NCBI GenBank assembly: GCA_015521735.1
Contig: WANQ01000043.1
Location: 30,454-94,453 of the forward strand
Length of the DNA stretch: 64,000 nt
From: Pyrodictiaceae archaeon
Lineage (GTDB): Archaea; Thermoproteota; Thermoprotei_A; Sulfolobales; WANQ01
Direction: 5' to 3'
Part shown: piece after piece, positions 30,020-38,352 of the stretch
Numbering within the stretch: the stretch's first letter is position 1
Layout: every line of letters begins with the position of its first letter
The notes under the pieces: generated by a model
Database searches by the model: none
What the model saw: only the letters and a program-made list of their open reading frames with translations
What the model was told of the DNA's origin: nothing
Program-made: the position numbers and the translations under genes

Positions 30020-31291
30020 TTATTGTTTAACTACAACATGGACAGCACATGGAAGACATGGATCGTATGCTCTAACAAGCATTGACAAATACTTTTTAGC
30101 TTCAACTACGTCTAATTCTCCTTCAACTATCTTCTTACCCAAGGTCATAGCTGAGTGTTCTATGTGGAGGGCATTCATTGCTGTAGGCGTTATTATATTA
30201 GCGTATACTACTCTACCCTCACTATCAACCCTATAATGATGTATGAGTAGTCCTCTAGGTGCTTCAAGTACTCCTACTCCTTCACCACTACGTATGGTGT
30301 ATTCTGTTCTTAGCCTAAGATCCCTATCTTTCAGTTCATCTAGCTTCTCCTTAACATCCATTATAGTTGCTAGTATTTCTAGTGCCTTAGCCTTAATGTT
30401 GGCGTAGGGATTGTTTAGTTCCTTTACAATAGATGACACGTAGTCCTCTAATCCTACTAGTCTCTCACCATACTCCAACACTCTTGCACGTGAGCCAACA
30501 TAGAATACTCTACCATTATATCTGTAAACCTTGGAGTTTGAGTAGTCTACTACCTCCTCTGAGATATACTTAGGGTAGTCTACGGCCCTGAACTTCTCCC
30601 CAGTAGACGATAGAATATAGTCGCCTATGGAGAGATAGCCTATAGGTGATTCAGATACAAGGTATACTGGTGAAGGATCTACTAGTTCTGGTAGTTCAAG
30701 CCTAGTTACATGGTCTACTACTTCTCTTGCAAGCTTCTCTGCCTCACCTAGTATCCTCACAGCTTTCTCTACTTTATCCTTTGAAGGCTTCTTTGTAAAT
30801 CCTCCAATTCTATAAGTATTCGGGTTTACTATCCTACCTGCTAATAGCTCAACTACTTGTAAGCATAAGTTGTTTAGCTTAAACCCTACTTTAATTAAGT
30901 CTGGATTCCTTGATAGAAGCTCTGATAAAGTCCTAGCATTATAGTAGTCTGGTAGTGCTAGGAAGAATAAGTGTACTACATTGTTTTGTGCTACCTGTAT
31001 CTTGTTCATGGATTCTTTTAGCAGTATTATATCATCTGGTAGCTCTACTCCCAGCGCGTTTTCTATTGCTGTAATCGATGCTAAGAAATGTGCTATACTA
31101 CATGCTCCACATATTCTTGACGCTATTATTGGTGCTTCATCTACTTTTCTACCCTCTATTACAGCTTCTATAAGCCTCATATCATGTACTACACGGAATT
31201 TTGCGTCAACACTACCATTCCTTAAGCTTAGCCTTAACTCTAGGTGTCCGAATACTTTATCTATTCTCTCGCTTAGCTCGAGATAGCTCAC
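30020..31291 (-). CDS. Group 3-type [NiFe]-hydrogenase large subunit (divergent)
   Basis: SRICGACSIAH, EAPRGLLIHHY and YDPCLPCAVH followed by VVVKQ. Confidence 0.92.
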   Translation of the reverse strand: MSYLELSERIDKVFGHLELRLSLRNGSVDAKFRVVHDMRLIEAVIEGRKVDEAPIIASRICGACSIAHFLASITAIENALGVELPDDIILLKESMNKIQVAQNNVVHLFFLALPDYYNARTLSELLSRNPDLIKVGFKLNNLCLQVVELLAGRIVNPNTYRIGGFTKKPSKDKVEKAVRILGEAEKLAREVVDHVTRLELPELVDPSPVYLVSESPIGYLSIGDYILSSTGEKFRAVDYPKYISEEVVDYSNSKVYRYNGRVFYVGSRARVLEYGERLVGLEDYVSSIVKELNNPYANIKAKALEILATIMDVKEKLDELKDRDLRLRTEYTIRSGEGVGVLEAPRGLLIHHYRVDSEGRVVYANIITPTAMNALHIEHSAMTLGKKIVEGELDVVEAKKYLSMLVRAYDPCLPCAVHVVVKQ

Positions 31292-31959
31292 TTCTTTTCA
31301 CCTCCATTATAGGTTTCTAGTAATATGTTGTAGATCTTGTCTAGGCTTGGGTGATTATTCCAGAATAACTTCATCTTAGAGAATACTTCTTCTAATGGTA
31401 TTTTATGCTCCTTGTAGAGCCTAGCCGCCTCAACTAGTACGTCTCTACGTGTTATAGGGCCACGACATCCTATACATATAGTTCCTTCTCTAGTACAGGG
31501 GCTACCACAACCAGCTATAGTTATTGGGCCTAGGCATGGTTCTCCTCTTACTAGTAAACACTCGTTTCCGTGGAGAGGGCATTCAGCACATACTGGTATG
31601 CCTTCTACACCATATTCTCTTGCTAAGTCTAGTAGTTGGCAGAATCCGCCTTTCCTTGGACAAGACTGGCATTTAATTTTATGGGATGCTAGTATTAGTT
31701 CTAGTATTACTCTACGGTTACGTCTAACTCTCTCTGTATTAGTGTAGACTCTTAGCCCCTCTGATACAGGGTAGGCGCAAGCTGGTACTAGTCTACCGTT
31801 ACCTAGTTCTACAATACATATTCTACATGATGCTTCACGGTATATTCCCTTGAAGAAGCATAGTGTTGGAACACTATATCCAGCCTTAATTACAGCGTCA
31901 ATTATATATGATCCCTCCCCTACTTCTACTTCTTTATCATTAACGTAGACCTTAACCAT
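31288..31959 (-). CDS. Chimera: HydA/NuoG N-terminal [2Fe-2S] and His-ligated [4Fe-4S] domains + [NiFe] small-subunit C-terminal Fe-S domain
   Basis: VPTLC...SCRICIVE...PAC and HKIKCQSC...FCQL, then VCAEC...CLGPITIAGCGSPC...CIGCRGP. Confidence 0.88.
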   Translation of the reverse strand: MVKVYVNDKEVEVGEGSYIIDAVIKAGYSVPTLCFFKGIYREASCRICIVELGNGRLVPACAYPVSEGLRVYTNTERVRRNRRVILELILASHKIKCQSCPRKGGFCQLLDLAREYGVEGIPVCAECPLHGNECLLVRGEPCLGPITIAGCGSPCTREGTICIGCRGPITRRDVLVEAARLYKEHKIPLEEVFSKMKLFWNNHPSLDKIYNILLETYNGGEKK

Positions 31960-31968
31960 ACCGTATTA

Positions 31969-33924
31969 TCACCTCTTCTCAACTGCTCCTACAGGACAAA
32001 CAATATAGCATTGACCACAGTGAATACACTTTGACTTATCAATTACATGGGGCTTACCTAGTTCACCTGAAATAGCTTTAGATGGACAATTTCTTGCACA
32101 AGTACCACATCCAGTACATTTGTCAGGGTTAATCCAGTACTCTACTAGCTTAGTACATACTTTTGCAGGACAACGCTTACTACGAACATGTGCTAGGTAC
32201 TCGTCCTTGAAGTATCGTAGCGTTGACAATACTGGGTTAGGGGCTGTTCCACCGAGAGCACATAAGCTTGAACTCCTAATTACATTTCCTAGCTCTTCTA
32301 GTACTTCTAGATCCTCTTCACTTCCTTCACCATTAGTTATCTTTTCCAGTATATCGTAGAGTATCTTCATCCCTATGCGGCATGGGAAACACTTGCCACA
32401 GGATTCTGCTACAGTAAAGCTTGTAAAGAACTTAGCTACATCAACCATACAGCTATGGTCATCTATTACTACTATTCCACCAGAACCCATTATTGCTCCA
32501 GCTTTCTGCAATGTCTCGTAGTCTATTGGTGTTGATAGTAGGCTTGCAGGTACACATCCACCACTAGGCCCACCTATCTGTACTGCTTTGATTTTCCTAC
32601 CTTCTGGTGGTCCTCCAGCAATCTCTACTACTAGCTTCTCTATTGTTGTCCCTACTGGTACTTCGTAGGCACCAGTACGTTTAACTGAACCCGTTACACA
32701 GAACATCTTAGTACCCTTAGTCTTCTCTGTACCATACTTGGCGAACTTCTCCCATCCCTCAGCCATTATCGTTGCTACATGAGCTAGTGTCTCAACATTA
32801 TTGATTATGGTAGGTTTACCCCATAGTCCACGTGTTGCTGGATAAGGTGGTCTTTGCCTAGGCCTAGTCCTCCCCTCTATTGCTGCGATTAACGCTGTTT
32901 CTTCTCCACATACAAAGGCTCCTGCACTAAGGATTACTTCTACGTCAAAGCTAAAGCCTCTTCCAAGAATATTGTCTCCTAGTAGACCATACTTTCTTGC
33001 CTGCTCAACAGCTTTTGATAAGCGCTCAGCCATTAATGGTTTTTCTGCTCTAACGAATATGAAACCCTTACTCGCACCTATGGCGTAGGCTGCTATTATC
33101 ATTCCCTCAAGTACTCGGTGGGGATCTGATTCTGCTAGCAATCTATTCATGAATGCTCCAGGGTCTCCTTCATCAGCATTCATTATAATGTACTTGACGT
33201 CTCCTGGTTGCTCACGAGCAATCTTCCATTTCAGCCACGTTGGGAATCCTGCTCCTCCACGTCCACGTAGACCCGACTTCCTTATCTCCTCTATTACTTC
33301 CTCAGGCCTCATGTTTAGTGCTCGGTCTAGTCCACGGTATCCTCCAAGAGCTATGTACTCCTCTATTGACTCTGGATCAACTATTCCACAGTTCCTTGAA
33401 ACCCATCTTACCTGATTCCTCCATGGCTCAAGCTCGTCTAGTAGTGGCACCTTGTCTTCTCCTTTCGCATTACCAGTACGATTCCTTAATGCAAAAGCAC
33501 TTGATACATCTCCTTCAAGGTATTCTTTTATAATTCTTGGCACATCACTTGGCTTAACATTAGCGTAAATCGCTGAAGGCATACCCTTCTTAGACAGCTC
33601 TATCCATGGATCTATGTAGCACATCCCCATACATCCAGTTCTATGTATATCAGCTAGTATTCCACGTGACTTAACCTCTTTAACAACAGCTTCGTAGACT
33701 TCGTGTGCTCCAGCAGCAATAGTACAGCTAGCAAGTGGTACATTTATCTTAAACCCATGTCTACCATATCTTATCTCTTTAAGTCTTCTACTCCTCCTGA
33801 CACGGCATTCAACGTCTTCGTGACATAACGGTCCACTTAGTCTACACCTAATATAGTGGCGACAAGGATACTCAGGGCTATGCCAACATCTATTACAACA
33901 CTTATCCATTAATGTCCAGGTCAA
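31969..33924 (-). CDS. HydB/NuoF-type FMN/NADH subunit with Cys-rich and thioredoxin-like N-terminal domains and C-terminal 2x[4Fe-4S]
   Basis: GLRGRGGAGFPT, NADEGDPGAFM, CGEETAL, GGPSGG, ESCGKCFPCR, CPAKVC and two CxxCxxCxxxCP motifs. Confidence 0.94.
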   Translation of the reverse strand: MTWTLMDKCCNRCWHSPEYPCRHYIRCRLSGPLCHEDVECRVRRSRRLKEIRYGRHGFKINVPLASCTIAAGAHEVYEAVVKEVKSRGILADIHRTGCMGMCYIDPWIELSKKGMPSAIYANVKPSDVPRIIKEYLEGDVSSAFALRNRTGNAKGEDKVPLLDELEPWRNQVRWVSRNCGIVDPESIEEYIALGGYRGLDRALNMRPEEVIEEIRKSGLRGRGGAGFPTWLKWKIAREQPGDVKYIIMNADEGDPGAFMNRLLAESDPHRVLEGMIIAAYAIGASKGFIFVRAEKPLMAERLSKAVEQARKYGLLGDNILGRGFSFDVEVILSAGAFVCGEETALIAAIEGRTRPRQRPPYPATRGLWGKPTIINNVETLAHVATIMAEGWEKFAKYGTEKTKGTKMFCVTGSVKRTGAYEVPVGTTIEKLVVEIAGGPPEGRKIKAVQIGGPSGGCVPASLLSTPIDYETLQKAGAIMGSGGIVVIDDHSCMVDVAKFFTSFTVAESCGKCFPCRIGMKILYDILEKITNGEGSEEDLEVLEELGNVIRSSSLCALGGTAPNPVLSTLRYFKDEYLAHVRSKRCPAKVCTKLVEYWINPDKCTGCGTCARNCPSKAISGELGKPHVIDKSKCIHCGQCYIVCPVGAVEKR

Positions 33925-34451
33925 CTACCACCACCTTTAATCTTCTTCAATGCTAGTGAACGATATTTTGCAACAATACGTCTAGCATCACGTATGGTTA
34001 CATGCCCGTGAAGGTACCGCTCCTTACCATCCCTACTAATAACCATGACTACCGGTGCTAGACTACATGCACCAAAACATCTCGCCTTCTCTACACTAAC
34101 CGTTCCATCCTTTGCAGTATTCTCGTATTTCCCTAAACCCAAAAACCTCTTCATAGCCTCATAATTGTCTAGATTACCTTTAAGATGACAAGCCGTGCCC
34201 ATGCAGACTAGTATTATATAATACCCAGGTGGCTCAAGCTTAAACTGGTGATAGAATGTTGCAACATTAAGTACCTCACTTAACGGAATACCTGTTAACT
34301 TTGCAAGCTCCTCCAATGCTCTTCTAGGCAAATAGCCATAACGACTTTGTATCTCCTGTAACATACGCATAAGATACCTTCTCTCACCACGATACCTAGC
34401 AACTATACTAGATACCACGTTGACTACTGTTTGATTAACCAACGCATTCAC
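33921..34451 (-). CDS. HydC/NuoE-type [2Fe-2S] subunit
   Basis: YGYLP, VATFYHQF, VCMGTACHLKG and RCFGACSLAP. Confidence 0.94.
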   Translation of the reverse strand: MNALVNQTVVNVVSSIVARYRGERRYLMRMLQEIQSRYGYLPRRALEELAKLTGIPLSEVLNVATFYHQFKLEPPGYYIILVCMGTACHLKGNLDNYEAMKRFLGLGKYENTAKDGTVSVEKARCFGACSLAPVVMVISRDGKERYLHGHVTIRDARRIVAKYRSLALKKIKGGGS

Positions 34452-34512
34452 CGAGCTACTAGCTTACGCGTCCTGCAATGCCAGCAAACATGTTATTTAC
34501 TATGAGTCAAAA

Positions 34513-34566
34513 GTAATCATAATTACAGTATTAGTTTAAGTAACCGTAATTACACGTAATTACGGT
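34513..34566. promoter_or_regulatory. Palindromic operator(s) flanking the promoter of the hybrid hydrogenase operon
   Basis: ACCGTAATTAC-AC-GTAATTACGGT (34543-34566) and GTAAT-CATA-ATTAC (34513-34526) on either side of a minus-strand CTTAAA. Confidence 0.65.
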
Positions 34567-34617
34567 GAAAAGAGAATATGAGTAGCCGTAGCTCTATAGA
34601 GAATAGGTAGAGTAATA

Positions 34618-35655
34618 TTACTCTAGAAGTGGGAAGAATCGGCAACGACATGCTTTATCTCTTATACACCTACTAACAGTTATACGGGCTATGCTCATAG
34701 AACTTCTTATTACTGGTAGTATTTCCTCAGCTATCATAGTATTATGTTTTCCTAGTTCTCCTAAAAGCTCGTTAATATACTCCATTACGATTTCCTCTTT
34801 ACCTAATACCGTTAACGCCTTATTTATATCGTTACTTATATACGATGATATGGATGCTTCATATAGTTCTTGCAAGTAGCCTATGATTTTGTCTATTTCT
34901 TCTCCTAGTTCAACTCTATCCCTGCTAGGAGTACTAGCTATCATTCTAGCTAGTCTTGTAATAGAATCTGTTATCTCCTTGAGATCCCTTAAGACTATTA
35001 TGGAATCTATTATATCCTGTATATTCTTACCACGTACTACGTTTTTCTTAGAGGCTCTTAGGCCTAGATAGTATATTCCTTCAGCTTCCTCTTCTAAGTC
35101 TTTTAGCTCATCTAGTATTATTGTATTATTACTACGTACTAGTTTACGTGTTATACTGAATACTTGGTTAAGTGTAGTGGAGAACTTTTCTATAATGGGT
35201 TCAACGTTAACTGGAGCTTCCATGAACGTTAACTTATAGGAGTAGCCTTTAAGTCCGGGTAATACCACCATTCCGGGAAGCTTTTTCCTTAGTATCCTTA
35301 ATGATTCTCCTAGTACCTCTTGCTTGCCCTTCACGTGTATCTCGGATACACCTTCAATGTATGCTCCAATGACTTCTTCTACTAATTGCTTAGTACTTCT
35401 ACGAGTAGCATCCAATGCTATTCTTAGACCTAAAGGTTCTTCTGACACCTTCTCTCTTGGAGGGCGAACTATTATTGTATCTTCATGTTTTTCTAGTTCT
35501 ACTAGGTCTCCTACCTCTATACCTAGTTCACGACACCATTTCTTAGGTATGGTTATAGCATATGATGCTTCTCCTACTCTAAGTACTTTCCTTCGCTCCT
35601 TCTCTAAAGCCAATACACATAACACCCTACAATTACAAATTGTTGTAGTAGGCAA
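34618..35655 (-). CDS. AbrB-domain/PhoU-family transcriptional regulator
   Basis: ERRKVLRVGEASYAITIPKKW...GIEVGD AbrB domain, IGAYIEG and helical PhoU repeats; the start is probably some codons downstream. Confidence 0.85.
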   Translation of the reverse strand: MPTTTICNCRVLCVLALEKERRKVLRVGEASYAITIPKKWCRELGIEVGDLVELEKHEDTIIVRPPREKVSEEPLGLRIALDATRRSTKQLVEEVIGAYIEGVSEIHVKGKQEVLGESLRILRKKLPGMVVLPGLKGYSYKLTFMEAPVNVEPIIEKFSTTLNQVFSITRKLVRSNNTIILDELKDLEEEAEGIYYLGLRASKKNVVRGKNIQDIIDSIIVLRDLKEITDSITRLARMIASTPSRDRVELGEEIDKIIGYLQELYEASISSYISNDINKALTVLGKEEIVMEYINELLGELGKHNTMIAEEILPVIRSSMSIARITVSRCIRDKACRCRFFPLLE

Positions 35656-35823
35656 TTATATATCTTGACGCTAGAATAACTACAGCATTAAGTAGACCCC
35701 ACGGTAGACAATGGAGTTTAAGCCTTAATGTAGAGAGGTCACAGGTAGTGGAGGAGGATACTAGTAGAAGTAATTCTTAAGAATACTGGGTATAGGTAGT
35801 AAACGGTAAAGCAGATGAAATAG

Positions 35824-36114
35824 TTACTCTATGACTAATAGGTTATCCCTCTTCTCGACTACGCCTTTCTCTACAAAGGCTGTTAGTACGAGTCCTCTTG
35901 CTAGAACTGATGGGTTGACACGGACAATACCCTTAACTTCAACTTCGAGTACACCTTTAACTATGCCTTCTTTGACTTTCTCGCCAGTCTCGTTACGATA
36001 GATATGGTAATTGACGTCGAAGCCACTTTGGGTCTTCTCGGCTTCTTCGCCTTTAACCTTTATGGGTAATTCTACTTTAACTGGGGTAAGGTGAAGTAGT
36101 ATCATGTACTTCAA
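35824..36114 (-). CDS. Hypothetical protein
   Basis: GAGGAGG RBS upstream; host-like codon usage. Confidence 0.7.
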   Translation of the reverse strand: MKYMILLHLTPVKVELPIKVKGEEAEKTQSGFDVNYHIYRNETGEKVKEGIVKGVLEVEVKGIVRVNPSVLARGLVLTAFVEKGVVEKRDNLLVIE

Positions 36115-36276
36115 TCTACAATTACCTCCTCGCTGAGTGATTATGGCTTCTACCTAATATTTTATTCCCTTAGCTTCAGTCTTGTCTTCCTCTCTTGTTG
36201 ATTACATGGTATTAATAGTTGTTGCTTTAAAGTATTTTGTTAGAGGTGAAATATTATTTAGTAGTCTCGTGTATCG

Positions 36277-36702
36277 TTGTCTGGGTGTTGGGTTCTGCCA
36301 GTAATACTTGTTGAGGAGTTGTCTAAGAGTCGTACTGGTAAACATGCTGTCCGTAAACTTGCATTTATTGTTTCAAAGGATGGTGGTATACGTAGGGTTG
36401 AATGTAGAGAGTGGCTTGATGCACCTAAGACTTATACTCGTGGATGGAGTCGTGCATGTAGTGTTGAGTTAGGTGAAAACGAGTATGCTGTACAAGTACA
36501 TCTTGTAAAAAACCTTTACGGACATGTTAAGGGGTATATCTTAGTCTATGATCGTGAAGGAAACGTTGTCTTTAGAGCTGTTTATCGTAGACTTAAGCTT
36601 AGGAGAAGTTTCGGGCACCCACGTTATGCTTGGATAGTTAAGCGTGTAGCAGAGGAACTCAAACTACCAGTTAAAAGGTATAATCTAGGCGTAGTGGTGT
36701 AG
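36277..36702 (+). CDS. Basic hypothetical protein (crenarchaeal-type)
   Basis: SRTGKHA and YRRLKLRRSFG motifs; first gene of a three-gene unit. Confidence 0.75.
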   Translation: MSGCWVLPVILVEELSKSRTGKHAVRKLAFIVSKDGGIRRVECREWLDAPKTYTRGWSRACSVELGENEYAVQVHLVKNLYGHVKGYILVYDREGNVVFRAVYRRLKLRRSFGHPRYAWIVKRVAEELKLPVKRYNLGVVV

Positions 36703-36708
36703 CATGAA

Positions 36709-37071
36709 ATGCCCAGGCTTGTAGAGCCATTAAGTTCTGAGGAGAAGGAAGCTGCTCAGAGAATAATTAAGGCCTTCAACGTTTATGGAGCATTTGTTTT
36801 TGAAGCCCGGGAGAAGAACTTATTCTTCAACGTTATAAGGAAGGCTGGGCTTGAACCATTAATTAACATTAGAGAGCTTCGTAGAAGACGTGTACAAATA
36901 TACGTAGTACTATTAAACGAGAGGCCGTGTGTTAACGAGTGTAATTACAGGTGTCGTAGTGTAAGCGAAGATGAAAGAGACATGTGTGTTAACGAGTGTG
37001 TACGAGAGTGCCTAGCTAACCGTAGAAAGTATCTCATAGAGGCCTTAGAGAACGCGGTAGCTAACAGCTAG
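36709..37071 (+). CDS. Hypothetical protein with twin Cx3Cx3C motifs
   Basis: CVNECNYRC...CVNECVREC. Confidence 0.75.
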   Translation: MPRLVEPLSSEEKEAAQRIIKAFNVYGAFVFEAREKNLFFNVIRKAGLEPLINIRELRRRRVQIYVVLLNERPCVNECNYRCRSVSEDERDMCVNECVRECLANRRKYLIEALENAVANS

Positions 37072-37121
37072 ATACCCAGAAATAGGTTTTCCACACTAAT
37101 GGTTAGAGTGAGTGCTGGGCT

Positions 37122-37658
37122 GTGGCTAAAACACTTGTACTAAGCAATCTCTGGTATCCTTGGCCTGGAGCAAGTATGATGTTATCCATAGTATTCCGTA
37201 GAGAAGAACCAGAAACCATAGTCTTAAATGGCGATACAACATACTGTAGACGTGACCAAGAATGCCCCCATGTACTTGATGCTCTAGAAACCATTAGAGC
37301 TGCTGCACCCTGGGCTGACATAGTATACATTCCAGGAGACATAGATATCCATGCACCTAAATGCATTAAGCAAAACCCAGTATTCCGTAGAGAAGTAACA
37401 GTAGCTGAAACATATATTGTCGAGTCAATAGAAGCAAAATACTATATAACACACGGACACCAAGCAAGAGAAGACGAGCTTAGAAGAAAACTAAAACTAG
37501 GCCCATGGGACTGGCTAGTCCTAGGACATAGTGGTAGACTTGAAGAAAACCCCTTAACAAGAATAATACATGTAGGTGGACTAGGATTATACACACCACC
37601 AGCACTACAGGGATACCTAGTAATAGAGGATAAAGGACATAAACTCAAAAAACTATAA
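37122..37658 (+). CDS. Degenerate calcineurin-like metallophosphoesterase
   Basis: Motif order LSNLW / LNGD / PGDID / ITHGH / LGHSG corresponds to DxH / GD / GNHD / HG / GHxH. Confidence 0.75.
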   Translation: MAKTLVLSNLWYPWPGASMMLSIVFRREEPETIVLNGDTTYCRRDQECPHVLDALETIRAAAPWADIVYIPGDIDIHAPKCIKQNPVFRREVTVAETYIVESIEAKYYITHGHQAREDELRRKLKLGPWDWLVLGHSGRLEENPLTRIIHVGGLGLYTPPALQGYLVIEDKGHKLKKL

Positions 37659-37752
37659 AGTACACCATAGGGGGATGACCGGAAAAAGCGTCAGAACAAA
37701 ATAGATGAAGTATTCACGGACCGGGGGACCCCTTCCTCGTAACGTGAAGATA

Positions 37753-38229
37753 CTACTCTTTCTCTTCTTTTCTCAATGTAACTATTAATACTAGTATTAA
37801 GCCTATAATCAATAATGCTAATCCCACTATTGTCTTAGAGAACATAGTTGTATAATACCATAGAAACGATATTACTTCAATTATGTTTGGCCATAGACTC
37901 GATAAAAGTATTGTAGCACCTATTATCATTAATAATGCTCCAAGAACTAAAATGGCGTTTCTCATAATCTCTTCCCTTTTCATACCCTTCTTTACTTCTT
38001 CTACAACGCGTTTTGCTTCCTCATGTAATTCCTTTTTGGTACAAGGTTCTTTAGGCATTATTATACATGCTATTATGTAAGCTGTTAATACTGCACCAGG
38101 ATTAATTGCAAATAATGCTACTGCTGCAAGTCTTACAAGTACGGGGTCTATGTTGAAGTATTCTGCTATACCACCACATACCCCACAAAAAACCTTATAA
38201 TTTTCACTTCGACACAACATTTTCTTCAA
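37753..38229 (-). CDS. PspC-domain membrane protein
   Basis: GVCGGIAEYFNIDPVLVRL...AYIIACIIMP. Confidence 0.9.
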   Translation of the reverse strand: MKKMLCRSENYKVFCGVCGGIAEYFNIDPVLVRLAAVALFAINPGAVLTAYIIACIIMPKEPCTKKELHEEAKRVVEEVKKGMKREEIMRNAILVLGALLMIIGATILLSSLWPNIIEVISFLWYYTTMFSKTIVGLALLIIGLILVLIVTLRKEEKE

Positions 38230-38352
38230 AGACCATTAAACCTCTGTGGACTCAATCGTGGCCGTGTTCTATCTAGGCATTACATGGTTAAAAATAGTAT
38301 TACTTACAAAAACGTTTTAGCTAACATACCACTGTATTATTCGAGAGGGTCT

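Noticed and set aside
31969-34451. Calling the NuoE/F-like genes part of respiratory complex I
   Set aside because: Extra HydB-type domains and operon linkage to a NiFe large subunit; the membrane cluster in this window has NiFe-binding cysteines and so is a hydrogenase
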